A DNA stretch of 64,000 nucleotides from the human T2T-CHM13v2.0 reference genome, Homo sapiens. A program made the translations under genes and the position numbers. This document shows positions 1 to 40,809 of this stretch, in pieces. The notes beneath the pieces were generated by a model. The model ran no database searches. It was not told where the DNA came from and saw nothing but the letters and a program-made list of their open reading frames with translations. The stretch is taken from assembly GCF_009914755.1 (NCBI RefSeq), contig NC_060927.1. One strand, given 5' to 3'. Numbering within the stretch: position 1 is the first letter of the stretch; each line of letters begins with the position of its first letter.

Positions 1-108
1 ACACCTTGATCTTGGACTTTCAGCCTCCAGACTGTGAGAAAATAAATATCTGTTGTTTAAGCCACCTAGTCTGTGCTATTTGTTATGGCAGCCTTAGCCA
101 ACAAATAC
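1..108 (+). mobile_element. 3' end of an MLT1-type MaLR LTR
   Basis: acaccttgatcttggactt-cagcctccagactgtgagaaaataaa...gttatggcagcc...aataca is the typical MLT1 3' terminus. Confidence 0.8.
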
Positions 109-719
109 AAAATATAAACATAATTTTCTATGTATTGGTACTGCCATCAATTTAATTAAATACTTTTAAAAGAAAATATTTCATTCTCAAACAATGCCAA
201 TGTAGAAGTTAATGTGAATTATCCTGAAAAAAATAATAATATTTTCCAAGTGGTGGCACAACAAATGGGATACATTTTAAGGATCCCTTGTAAAGTTTAT
301 ATATACAGAAAAGGGACAAGTGAAATTTAGTATTGGTAGCATTTATTTATTTATCATGTATGTATTTATCAGGAATCCATTGTGCCTTCTGTGCTGTGCT
401 CAGGTGACAGATTAATTTAACACTATTCCTCCCCTTAAAGAGCTCACAAACAATAAATCATGCACTTTTATAAAAACATTCCAAACTGCTCAAAGAGGTG
501 GTGAGTTTTGAGTTTTCTTATTTCCCAGAGGGATAGGGGAAGGAACCTGAGGAATCTGCAGAGGCTGTTCTATGAAGACATTGATCTTATGGCCTAGTTG
601 GGTTCACAAAGGGCCATAGAATTCTACTATTACTAATTGTAGCATTAGAAATAAAATAGGAAAACATACCCTTATAAAGAGCTATAGAATCTTTGGTGCT
701 TCTATTGCCTCTATCTCTG

Positions 720-1760
<1,041 letters not shown>

Positions 1761-2030
1761 GTGTGTGTATATAGAGTACAGCTCAGGTAGAGTTACAAAG
1801 GCATGGCAATGATTGAAAAATATCAGTACCATCTACTCTGGAAAGGTAAACGCTGAAGTAGGATATAAAGTCTTCGTGTATTTAAAGTGATCTTAGTGTG
1901 AGTGTGGACTCTGAACTCTGTTCACACAATTGCAGTGTACTAGGATTCAGAGAAGCACTTCTTAGAAGTGGTAGTTTTAAGACAAATAAAAATGACTAAT
2001 AAAAAATGCTTTTATTCAAAAAGCAATCTG

Positions 2031-2331
<301 letters not shown>

Positions 2332-2340
2332 GCAACTTGA

Positions 2341-2698
<358 letters not shown>

Positions 2699-3412
2699 TC
2701 AAAGTGATTAGTTTCTTGGAGATGTAGCCCTTGCAACAGCCTGCACTGAGGTTGAAAGTAAACATTGGAATGATTTAAGTGCTGAATTCTGTTTTGCAAA
2801 TAAATGCTTCATGTGTACAGACAAGAAAGGTAGGTAAACTCCAATCCTGAATTCAATTTTTAGAAAAGTTAACCTGAAGAGCCCCTTTTGTCCTTAGGCA
2901 CTGGTTGCAGTTGAAGTATATAAGGTTTCACTTCACACATAAAACCTACTGGCTTGATCGTTTTCTGAGTTAATCTGAATTGGATTAAAATGAAATGTTT
3001 ATAAAACCTTTTGCATTTCAGGCATTTAATTAGTTTGCCATGCCATGGGAGAATATGACACAGAACAAAATATTCAAAATACATATTAGCAATTAATTGA
3101 AGCATATTAATTGGCAAGTTGATTTTTATTCTTTTATATTTTTAGAGGTTAAAACTTTGACAATGAACATTGATGTCAGTATTGCACAAATGAGTGATCA
3201 CCTAGATTCGAAGATTTGCAAAGAAAATCAATTCATTTTAGTAATCTACAAATTTTACCTCTTTTGCTGATAAAAACCATATCAATATATCTAAATAAAA
3301 TGTATAGTCATTAAAGGTCATTTAAAATTTTTTCTACATTAGTGTAAAACATGCTGTTTTAATTTAGCATATATGTGCTAGTCACCCTGAATCATCCTCT
3401 TTTATTAAATAA

Positions 3413-3692
<280 letters not shown>

Positions 3693-3982
3693 TAACTGAA
3701 TAATTTTTAAATTTAGTGTCTTCCTGTACATTTTTGTTGATTTGACAAATATTTTCTTAGAACATACTTTAAACATGACATTAACTCATTTATTAATTCA
3801 TTCACAACCCAATGAGACTTTTCTTTGTTCTAGACATACTTCTAGATACTAGAGATAGATGAATAGAATATGGCTGACTTTACATACAATCTTGAAAGGA
3901 AATTTTTCCCCATTCATTAGCTGTTTTCTGATTTCTTCAATGGAAAATTAAGTGGTTTATTTTTAGAATGATTTCCATGTTT

Positions 3983-4281
3983 GGCCGGGCGCGGTGGCTC
4001 ACGACTGTAATCCCAGCACTTTGGGAGGCTGAGGCGGGAGGATCACGAGGTCAGGAGATCGAGACCATCCTGGCTAACACGGTGAAACCCCGTCTGTACT
4101 AAAAATACAAAAAATTAGCCGGGAGAGGTGGCGGGCGCCTGTAGTCTCAGCTGCGCCGGAGGCTGAGGCAGGAGAATGGCTTGAACCCCGGGGGGCGGAG
4201 CCTGCAGTGAGCCGAGATCACGCCACTGCACTCTAGCCTGGGCAACAGCGAGACTCCATCTCAAAAAAAAAAAAAAAAAAA
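3983..4281 (+). mobile_element. AluY, Ye-like subfamily
   Basis: gaaccccggggggcggagcctgcag and the acagcgagact deletion; TSD agaatgattt(g)ccatgttt. Confidence 0.85.
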
Positions 4282-4767
4282 GAATGATTTGCCATGTTTA
4301 AATTTTGTTTTTGTTAAGATATTTGATTTTTTTCTCACTGTCATAGACATTTAAAAAGGGATATTCTAATATTATTAATGCTGCTATTTATATATTGGTG
4401 CACCAAAATTCAGTTTTGTTTTCCAGGCTAAGAATAGTCCTTTTCTGTGGATGACTAAAAGCAATCCAAATTTATCAAGAAATTCTGTTCAGATAGCTTA
4501 TTTGTAGGTTAGCTGTCTAAATCAGGACAAATTTCCATGTGGATGCTGTATTGCAAGCATTGGTTTGGCTTTTAAGCTACTTTTAAAGCCTATGTAACCT
4601 ATCCTATAATTCAAATACGTAACAGCACAGCCTTAAATCTTAGCTCCTAGAAGTGAGAAGTCATTTGGAGAAGAACAAGGAAGAATCGAAGCATTTCCCA
4701 TCTTTCCTAGTCATAGGGACTTCGTTAGATGTTATTTGGAAATAAAAAAGAATTTTTAGAACAAGAT

Positions 4768-4925
4768 ATCTCAAACTTTAGTGAGCATAAAAATAACTTG
4801 AGGTTTTTGTTAAAATGCAGCCGATTTTGGTTCAGTAGGCCCAGAGTGAAGCCTGAGAGTCTGCGTTTCTAACGAGCATCCAGGTGACGCCATGTTGCTG
4901 GCCCTCAGACAACACTCTGAGTGTT
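4768..4925. mobile_element. MER5A/B hAT-Charlie MITE
   Basis: tctcaaacttt...ttgttaaaatgcag...ctgcgtttctaac...caggtgacgc pattern. Confidence 0.7.
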
Positions 4926-5025
4926 AAGATCTTAAATTACCTTAACTAGCCTTAAGACATTCATGCTTACTGTCCCTCTGCCCAGGCCCCCATTTGTTGA
5001 TTGTTTTCTAAATTTACTGTGACAA

Positions 5026-5836
<811 letters not shown>

Positions 5837-6496
5837 AAAGAAAATGCTTTGGCTAAATGGCATCTTCAGCTGTGGGAATTGGGGAATGTTATGTGAAGAT
5901 AAAAAACAAAACACTCCCAGAGGGTGTTGAGGAAGGGATGTTTTTGATCCAAGGCCTGCCATGAAGCCCTGCTTGGAGGTGTGCCTCAGGACTCAATGCC
6001 CCAAAGTTATTCCTTCATCTTACAGAGACTTTCCTTTCTCTTCTCTTGGATTGACAAGGCCTTTGAGATAACATATTAACTACTTACACATTAGTAAATT
6101 CTATTTGAAACGACTAATGTTTATCTAGTACCTACTTTGTACAAGGCATGTGATAAATTCTTAGATGTGTATAAATAAGCTCTTGGGAAGTTTATGGTTC
6201 AATGGGGCTGTACTTTTACGTAATTATTTCCTTAGAGGAAACTGAATTCTGCACATGTCCTAGTTAATTCTGTTATTGCCTAATATACTTACACAAAGCT
6301 ACCTGTGAACTTGGGAAAGTCAACATCTTTGAGAGCTTTTGTTTTCAAACCTCTAGAGCCTTGCAGCTTGAGTACTAGGTTTAAAGAATGTAACTTCAAT
6401 GTGATATTCTTTGCATATCCCCCTTACCCAGTCTAGTCTTCATGAACCTAATCTACATTGCTACTACTCCTGCTTTTTTGTTAGATTTATTCATTC

Positions 6497-7425
<929 letters not shown>

Positions 7426-7852
7426 TAAGCTCTTATATTGTCCTGTATCAGTCCTGTGTCAATATCTGTTAGTTCAACTCCTTTGAAATCTCAAATTCGA
7501 ATTTATTAAATTGGGTCAAAAATTGATGCCCTAATGTAGTCTACAGATGTTTTTTTTCTGTGTTTGACCATTACAGCATTAACTTATGAAGAATAAGAAT
7601 GAGAATTAAGGGGAGGTTGGGAGAGGAGCAGAAGGTGGAGGAGAAAAGAATTAGAAGAAAAGGAAGTTAGAATAGATTTAGGCATTGTCAAGTTTACCAC
7701 ATACCACAGGCCCCACTATTGTCCTAAGTGTGGACTCTCTACCTATTACTGGCTACCTCAAGGCATTTGAATTACCCATTCTCTGTACTTACTATACTCT
7801 GTAATAGAAGGGGATAAACCATAAACTAATTTGTTCCCTCATTTCGTTGGTA

Positions 7853-8144
7853 CTTTTTTTTTTTTTAAATGGAGTCTCCCTCCATTGCCCAGGTTTGAGT
7901 ACAGTGGTGCAATCTCAGCTCACTCAAACCTTGCCTCCTGGGTTCAAGCGATTCTCCTGCCTCAGCCTCCAGAGTAACTGGGATTGCAGGTGCCTGCCAC
8001 CACGCCCAGGTAATTTTTGTATTTTTAGTAGAGACAGGGTTTTGCCATGTTGGCTAGGCTGGTCTCTAACTCCTGACCTCAGGTTATCTGCCCACCTCGG
8101 CCTCCCAAAGTGCTAGGATTACAGGCATGAGCCACCGCACCCGG
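7853..8144 (-). mobile_element. AluS
   Basis: Alu consensus; tggtacttttt flanks. Confidence 0.92.
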
Positions 8145-8239
8145 ACATTCCCTGGTACTTTTTAAATTCTGACCCTGTCTCACTCCAGTATCATTATATA
8201 TGTCATGTCTATGAGAAAAGACATATATAGTGTCATATC

Positions 8240-8336
8240 TTTCCAGCAACATCCTCAGACTAACATCTGGAATAATTTGACCACATATCTGGGTGCTATG
8301 GCCCAGCCAAGTTGACACATAAAATTAACCACAACA
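8240..8336 (-). mobile_element. MLT2 (ERVL) LTR 5' fragment
   Basis: caagttgacacataaaattaacca is the reverse complement of the MLT2 start. Confidence 0.75.
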
Positions 8337-8901
8337 GGAATAGTTATCAAAAGCAATCGTGTTCTATTTCAAAATACTATGGAAAGTTGCCTTCATGCAT
8401 AAAAATTATCTTAATGTTCCCCAGGACTGATCTGACTACAATGGCTTGATCATGTTTTTCAATGTGACTTTTTAACCTAGATCCTATTCTCTGTGGCCAC
8501 ATAACCAGGAATTATGAAGCTTTACGAGTGTGTGTAGGGTAGGGTGTGAGGTGGAGATGGAAGAAGAGGGGCAATGTAGTCTTTTTGGCGACATTAATAG
8601 ATATTTATTTCATTATAAAGGATTTTATTCCAGTACCTTTAGAAGTCTTCACTCTAAAATTACTAAACACACTTAAAAATTGTCTAAACTCACATTTTAT
8701 GTGATAAAACTACAAAACACAATCCTTTAATAGAAGCACTCATTTTCATTTTGCATAAATATTTCTGTATTGAATAACTTTTAACAATTTCAAATTTCTT
8801 TCATGTATGTGTAGAAGTTCATGAGACATTTGTGTGCGGAGTGGTCCCTTTGTTGTTCTGTATTCATTTTATTTGTGATTTTGCCACTTAGAAATTGTTT
8901 A

Positions 8902-9228
<327 letters not shown>

Positions 9229-9431
9229 GTTCGCTTTTTTTGTGGTGGTGGTTTTATACAGGATTCCTGAGCTCCAACAATTTTCCTTTGTAGCATTATT
9301 GATACAGTTTTGCTCATACAAATTAATGTTCTTGCTTTGACTAATTCATTTGTGGAAACATCAAGTTCACACCCTTTGGAAGGAGGGAATACAGGATAGT
9401 GGAAGTAAGGGAGATGGCTTTAAGAAAATAG

Positions 9432-10181
<750 letters not shown>

Positions 10182-10631
10182 TTACACTTTGATGATTTGT
10201 AGAAATCACTGCTGATATGCATAGAATGTGTGTGTTCTACGGAAGTTTTCTAACAAATGGTACCATAAAAAACTTTTACATATTCAATTCCAGGTAGAAA
10301 AATTTGGCTCCTTCTAACACTTCTCTATTAATTTCACATTGAACAGTAATGGCTTATTCACATTCCTGCTTCCCTACTAGGCTGTAAATGTCTTGAGGGC
10401 AGGGGCCTGACCTTATTTATCTTTGTAGATGGAGCAACCTAGCACAAAAGGTAGGTGTCAAGGAAAGCAGATGAGTGAAGCATCAAATAAGACTCTAGTA
10501 TAAGTAATTATTGCAAAACAGCTGTTCTAACTTTTAAGGCAATTTATTCACTGTGCTTAATATCTTATCCTGACACCACTTCGCCTCTCAACTCTATTTA
10601 TTCTAATTGGAATAAAATTTTAAAACTTCAA

Positions 10632-10924
10632 GCCAAGCGAGGCAGCTCATACCTGTAATCCCAGCACTTTGAGAGGCTGATGCGGGCGGATCGCCTGAGA
10701 TCAGGAATTTGAGACCAGCTTGGCCAACATGGTGAAACCCTGTCTCTACTAAAAATATAAAAATTAGCCAGGCGTGGTGGTGAGCTCCTGTAATCCCAGC
10801 TACTCTGGAGGCTGAGGCAGGAGAATCTCTTGAACCCAGGAGGCGGAGGTTGCAGTGAACCGAGATCGGCCATTGCACTCCAGCCTGGGCAACAGAGTGA
10901 GACTCCGTCTGGAAAAAAAAAAAA
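10632..10924 (+). mobile_element. AluS
   Basis: Full dimer; aaattt(t/g)aaacttcaa flanks. Confidence 0.92.
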
Positions 10925-11290
10925 TTTGAAACTTCAAATAGCAATTTGAAATAAAGTCACTGGCAAATTCACAGCATTTATATAGTACACACCATAAACT
11001 ACAAATCAGAGAGCACAGTGAACACAGTAATTAATTAAACCTGATAAGTAGGGAAGTAGAAATTATAGCCGTTTAAAAAATAGTAGTAATTACCTTGCAT
11101 CTTCAAAGCATCCTTTCTTCCCCATGTCCTATGATGTCAATTTATATCAAGTAAATTACATAAAAGTATTCTTCCCATATTAAAGATGGATAGAAAAAGT
11201 TTTCCTTATTTCTGATAGGCCAAATGTGGTCTCGCTCCTGTGTAAACATAGAAATGAAAATACTAATATACTAATGTAGCTACAATGTTA

Positions 11291-11400
11291 TGTTTAAAAG
11301 TAAAATGTTAACACATTCGTTATATTATGTCTATATATAATATATATTATAAGACAATATACATATTATAAGGAATGTGTTAACATTTTACTTTTAAACA
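11291..11400. repeat. AT-rich long inverted repeat (hairpin/cruciform candidate)
   Basis: tgtttaaaagtaaaatgttaacacattc ... gaatgtgttaacattttacttttaaaca: 28-bp perfect arms extending to ~44 bp with mismatches. Confidence 0.95.
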
Positions 11401-11514
11401 AAATATATAAAATTAGCAAATATATAAATAACATAATATGAATAACAATATATAATATATATTAAATAACATATTATATATATAAATAACAAAAAATATA
11501 TATATTTATAGAGA

Positions 11515-12194
<680 letters not shown>

Positions 12195-12504
12195 CTGTAG
12201 TTCTTTAACAGAATTTTCCCATGTCAAAAAATACTTTTCTGCAACAATAACCCTTCCCTTCTATAACATTAGATATTCTTTCATGATCAAATTTTTTCAT
12301 GATCAATTATAATTTATATTTTATAAATAAAGTCCATGTTGATGACAAAGTCATGCTCTGTATAAATATTTGGGATTATATCATCAGGAAATGAAAAGTA
12401 TTTTTATGTTTCTCTAGCTGTAATACAAAACAGTGGTAACATTTGGAAAATAATCTAGTTCTTAACAGATGTAGTGTAAGTTAAATGAGTGTATATTACA
12501 TATA

Positions 12505-13780
<1,276 letters not shown>

Positions 13781-14094
13781 ATATATATATATAAGCGAGT
13801 TTTGTCATCCAGTAAGACTATGATATTTCATCTGTCTTTGTTTAGATGTTACTCAGAGGATTTGTCTTCTGTTTTGTTTTGACTCTTTCAGTCATGTGGT
13901 ATTAATTATGTTATTTTCAATTACAAATTACACTGCTTTAGATCTTTCGAGATCTAAATTTTAAAATGTATGTTAAAAATATGACAGCAAATTTATACTC
14001 AACCTAACCCACATAATTTCAAAGGCTGGCATTTCTATTCTGGAGTCAGTGGATTATTTTTGTTAATAAGAGGGATAAGAGGAAGTCAAAATAA

Positions 14095-16020
<1,926 letters not shown>

Positions 16021-16430
16021 AATAAAAATGAGGTTCGTGTTGAGCACATATGAAGCTTGCTCCATAAATACATAGGGTATTTCCAAAAGTTGTTGTCCAA
16101 AAATTCATTAGTTAAGACATACTTTAAACACAAAAGACATTTTCCACATTGAAACAATAATTAATCAGCAAAAGTAATGGCTTTTTCTTGATCCTCATAC
16201 TTCCTAACTTGTGTTACATTTGATCTTATTATTCACCGACTTCTTTTGTAATCCTCACATTACGGGTATTCAATGACATTGCACTTTTGAATTCTCTTGC
16301 TTACTGCTTTTCCTTTCTCTTTCCATCTCCTCTTCCAAGTCCCTTAATCCTGAGCCCATTTTTAGGGCAGGTCCTCTGTCTCCTCTCTCTCACCTGATTT
16401 GGTGTTTTCTGTATGTTAATGATTTGCAAA

Positions 16431-17387
16431 TGGGTTGGTTCCAAGTCTTTGCTATTGTGAATAGTACCGCAATAAACATACGTGTGCATGTGTCTTTATA
16501 GCAGCATGATTTATAGTCCTTTGGGTATATACCCAGTAATGGGATGGCTGGGTCAAATGGTATTTCTAGTTCTAGATCCCTGAGGAATCGCCACACTGAC
16601 TTCCACAATGGTTGAACTAGTTTACAGTCCCACCAACGGTGTAAAAGTGTTCCTATTTCTCCACATCCTCTCCAGCACCTGTTGTTTCCTGACTTTTTAA
16701 TGATTGCCATTCTAACTGGTGTGAGATGGTATCTCATTGTGGTTTTGATTTGCATTTCTCTGATGGCCAGTGATGATGAGCATTTTTTCATGTGTCTTTT
16801 GGCTGCATAAATATCTTCTTTTGAGAAGTGTCTGTTCATATCCTTTGCCCACTTTTTGATGGGGTTGTTTGTTTTTTTCTTGTAAATTTGTTTGAGTTCT
16901 TTGTAGATTCTGGATATTAGCCCTTTGTCAGATGAGTAGGTTGCGAAAATTTTCTTCAACCCAAATGTCCAACAATGATAGACTGGATTAAGAAAATGTG
17001 GCACATATACACCATGGAATACTATGCAGCCATAAAAAATGATCGAGTTCATGTCCTTTGCAGGGACATGGATGAAATTGGAAATCATCATTCTCAGTAA
17101 ACTATCGCAAGGACAAAAAACCAAACACTGCATGTTCTCACTCATACATGGGAATTGAACAATGAGAACACATGGACACAGGAAGGGGAACATCACACTC
17201 TGGGGACTGTTGTGGGGTGGGGGGAGGGGGGAGGGATAGCATTAGGAGATATACCTAATGCTAAATGACGAGTTAACGGGTGCAGCACACCAGCATGGCA
17301 CATGTATACATATGTAACTAACCTGCACATTGTGCACATGTACCCTAAAACTTTAAGTATAATAATAATAAAAAAAGAAAAAAAAAT
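16431..17387 (+). mobile_element. 5'-truncated L1PA2/L1PA3 with a 5' inversion (antisense 16431-16956, sense 16957-17387)
   Basis: ORF2 C-terminus on the minus strand; 3'UTR with G-tract and polyA on the plus strand; aaatgacgagttaa (GAG, not L1HS-Ta ACA); both halves meet at caaccca. Confidence 0.93.
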
Positions 17388-17717
17388 TTATCTTTCTTTA
17401 GAAAAGATTCCTATCACACAATTCAAACTCTCCCCACCTGGCTACTCAAGTATTACTTAAAATTTTAACCAGCTGAACGTGACTTGAGTCCAGATGTGAG
17501 AAAATAGCAGAAGACTTATCGAGAGGGAATATACTAGCTGTTTTGGAAGGAGAGCAAGCAGTTCAGTTTGTCTGAAGTGTGGTGAGAGGCTAGTGGAAGA
17601 ACATAAGACAGAAGCAGGAATATGGAGTCACATTGTTTAGGGTCTGATAGGCCATAGATTTTAAGTCTTGGGTTCTTATTCTAAGTATGGAGGGTTGTGA
17701 GCATGAAAGTGACAAGT

Positions 17718-23900
<6,183 letters not shown>

Positions 23901-23924
23901 ACAAACACAAAACCAAAAACAAAA

Positions 23925-29750
<5,826 letters not shown>

Positions 29751-29784
29751 GATATGTTTTCTTTCCTTCTTTTTTTTTAAGAAC

Positions 29785-30690
29785 TATTTTTTTTATTTGT
29801 ACAAATTTATGGCATACATGTGATATTTTATTACGTGTATATAATGCCTAATGTTCAAGTCATGGTATTTAGGGTATCCTTCACCTGTTTACAATACATT
29901 TTTGTTAACTATACTCACCTTACTCTGCTCTGAAACACTGAATTTATTCCTTCTAACTTACTGTATTGTACCCTTTAACCAATTTCTCGTCATGCTCCCT
30001 CCTCCCCTCCACTCACCATTCGCAGTCTCTTATCCTTCTGCTCTCTACTTGCATATGATCAAATTTTTTGGCTCCCACACATAAGTGAGAAGATGATGCG
30101 ATATTTTTCTTTTTTTGCCTACCTTATTTCACTTAAGATAATGACTTCCAGTTCCATCCACGTTACTGGAAATGACATGATTTCATTCTTTTTTATAGCT
30201 GAATAGTATTCCATTGTAGATATACTACATTTTCTTTACCCATTCATCTATTGATGAAAGCTTAGGTTGATTCCAGTATCTTTGCTTTTGTGAATAGTGC
30301 TATAATCAACATGGGAACACATGTATTCCTTTGATATATTGATTTCTTTTCCTTTGAGTAGAGACCCAGTGGTGGGATTACTGGATCAAATAGTAATTCT
30401 ATTTTTAGTTTTATGAGGAACCTCCATACTATGTTCCTTAGTGGCTGTACTACTTTACATTCCCACCAACAGTGTAAGAGTTCCCTTTTCTCTGCATCCT
30501 TGCCAACATCTGCTATTTGTTGGTTTTTTTTTAATATTAGCTATTCTGACTAAGGTAAGATGGTATGACACTCTAGTTTTGATTTGCATTTCTCTGATGA
30601 TTAGTAATGCTGAGCACTTTTCCATACACCTGTTGGCCATCTGTCGGTCTTCTTTTGAGAAATGTCTACTCATGTTCTTTGCCCACCTCT
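29785..30690 (-). mobile_element. L1MA-type 3' end (3'UTR and end of ORF2)
   Basis: Starts tttatttgtacaaatttatgg..catgtga; ORF2 peptide [19 protein letters not shown]. Confidence 0.82.
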
Positions 30691-30717
30691 TTTTTTGAAT
30701 TTTATATCATCTTCAAA

Positions 30718-32278
<1,561 letters not shown>

Positions 32279-32325
32279 TTATTGAACTCTGAAAGCAGAA
32301 GTTTAAAAACATTTTATATGTTTTA

Positions 32326-32345
32326 TACACACACACACACACACA
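32326..32345. repeat. (CA)n microsatellite
   Basis: acacacacacacacacaca. Confidence 0.9.
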
Positions 32346-32434
32346 AATAATAAAAACTATTAGCAACATAGTATTCCATAGTATTGTTTTCAAGGATCCT
32401 GTGTCAAGAAAAGTAATGTTGAGTGATAGAATTT

Positions 32435-36904
<4,470 letters not shown>

Positions 36905-37091
36905 CTATTCACTTTTCATTAGTCAACCTGGTGGTCCCTTGCTCCCAGAAGGTCACCATATTGATTCTCCACTTAGTGTGGACACCTACTCCACAAAGCA
37001 CACTACAGCTCAGGACTCCTGGGCTCAAGTGATCTTTCCTTCTCAGCCTCCTGGGTAGCTGGGACTACAAGTGCACATCACCAAGCCCGGG
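36905..37091 (-). pseudogene. 7SL (SRP RNA) pseudogene, 5' ~190 nt including the S domain
   Basis: Reverse complement reads ...gctgtagtgtgct...ggtgtccacactaagt...atcaatatggtgacc...ggaccaccaggttg, which is 7SL-specific sequence absent from Alu. Confidence 0.88.
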
Positions 37092-38569
37092 TCTTATTTA
37101 TTTTTTATTGAAATATAGGTGTTTTTTTACAGTAAAGTGCCTGGTCTTAAATGTAAAGCTTGACAGATTTTACGTAAGTATATACCCATGTAGCCATCAC
37201 CTGGATAAAGATACAGAACACATCCAGCACCCAGAAGCTTTCCTTATGCTTATCTCAGGCAGTCCCATTGCCCAAAGTGAACTTCTCTGTTTTGAAGTAT
37301 ATTTCCTGGATGCAATGGTTGTATTTTAACTGACTCATCCTGATCTCAACTAGGAAAGTGCTTTAATCTCATTCGAGTCTTAATCCCATTGCAGAATGGA
37401 TTAATTTTGGGAAATTTTCCTGTAAAAGGTAACCTTGGCCATACAACGTGGATTTTACCTAAACTAGAAAAATGATATGCATTTAAATTGTCTTTCTAAC
37501 TTGCTGTCTTGCTGTTTTGCTCCCTGATTTTAATGCCCATGTACCTGTCTCCCCCTTCTCCCCCTTACCTTATAGCTATCATCTATTTCCCATAGTGCTG
37601 TAGTTAAATCTCAGGGAGAAGAATTGGGCTTTGTGGCAAAGAACAAATCTAGAGAGGAATGAAAGTCGAGGATAGTTTGGAGTCACGCAAACGGAGAAGC
37701 ATGTTTAGGAAAGTAATAACTAGTAACATGATCTAGGGAGGTAGAGGAATTAAAGATCTCTTGGAGGAATAAATTAGTGAAAAAGGGAAGTATTGTGGGT
37801 AACATTTAATAAGTCAAGAGTCTATAAAGTTCACCAGTCCCAGCAGTGAGATGAGCCAATTCATTCACTGGTTTGGCTCTGTCACCCAGGCTGGAGTGCA
37901 GTAGCGTGATCACAGCTCACTGTAACCTCTAATTCCTGGGTTCAAGCTATCCCCCCACCTCAGCTTCCTGAGTTGCTAGGACTAAAGGTACTCATCACCA
38001 CTGCCAGCTAATTAAAAAAATTTTTTTTTGTAGAGACGGACTCTTACTATGTTGCCCAGGCTAGTACTGAACTCCTGATCTCAAGTGATCTTCAAGCCTC
38101 AGCCTCCCAAAGTGTTGGGATTACAGGTGTGAGCCATTGCCCCCAGCCACAACACCTATTTAATGTGCAATTGTTGAGTATGCTTCAGGACCAGCAGTAG
38201 TGCTAAATACTGTAGTATGTGTTGGTGTGAGGAACCATTTAGCATCTTGTGTTCCCCAAACTGTCTTTTTATGTCTGTTGTCTAAGCAAGCTTTGCCTTT
38301 CAATTTAGAGCATACTATTTGGAAGTGCTACTAGAAAGTGTCTTCTGACCAACCTATTAGCTAATGCAGGATTGGATGATGCCAGAAACCATTTAGAAGT
38401 CTTATGGACAAAGGTCTTCCAAATTGTGGGCTCCTTTCTTCTAAATAAATATTAATATGATGATATGCATTCAAAATAAATTTATTTACTTTTTTTTGTG
38501 GGAGACTGGAGTTTCATTATTGCTCTAATCAGTCTCCTCAAAATAACAGTTTATGTTGCATATCCATGA

Positions 38570-38917
<348 letters not shown>

Positions 38918-38937
38918 TAAGCAGTTAAGGGGAAAAT

Positions 38938-38975
38938 ATTTGTAAATAAATTTGTAAATAAATTTGTAAATAAAT
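38938..38975. repeat. 12-bp tandem repeat (atttgtaaataa)x3
   Basis: Read directly from the sequence. Confidence 0.9.
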
Positions 38976-39214
38976 TATACATAGCATATTTTTCTTTGTA
39001 TTGCTTCCTCTTTAAAGTACTAGTACTTTTCCTAAGTTCTACTTTTTCAATAGCAAACTTACCCCTAAATTAAATTAAAACAAGATTAAAGCCAACTTGA
39101 TTCTTTTTCATTGTTTTTCACAGAATTCTCTAACTTCAAAGTTTATTCTTGTAATTTTCTAGAAATACTTCAGGTTAAGTTGATGTTATGGAGAAGATGT
39201 AATATCTACAATTA

Positions 39215-39960
<746 letters not shown>

Positions 39961-40491
39961 TAAAACTAGGTTCAGTGAGCCCCTTGGTTAAACCACTAGG
40001 CTGAAATTAGTTGAATAAGTAATTAGTTGAATACATTTGAATGAAAATCTTTAAGAACAATCTTGAGGGAGATAAAATGTCACAAAGGCTTAACACGACC
40101 ATCTGGAGTCTGTATGTGTATACAGGAGGAAGAAATTATTCTGTTTTTTTTTTTTTTGACTTGGTGATTAATGTTTACAAGCTCCATTGAACTACTTCTC
40201 TCCCAGAGGCCACCTCTGTAGTTACTGCCCAAATACCTGATGCCTATGAAAAGGACCCCTTCCCCATTTGCCATGTGAAGAATATGTGACTGTAATAGTC
40301 TATCTTTCACCAATATTATAAAAGGATTCTGTTGTATGATTGAGGAACTAACAGAAGAGTGGTGAGATTTGATATCATGCAACAAATGCTCACTTCCTAT
40401 TACTCCAGGTGGTAAGAAAGTGGGGGTAAAGTCTTATGCGAAAGAGAGTGTGATGAAGTTTCAGGAGAGGCAGGAAATGTAAGTAAGTTAA

Positions 40492-40809
<318 letters not shown>

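Noticed and set aside
40080-40385. 101-aa minus-strand ORF in unique sequence
   Set aside because: No recognisable homology, a non-ATG start and no convincing splice sites
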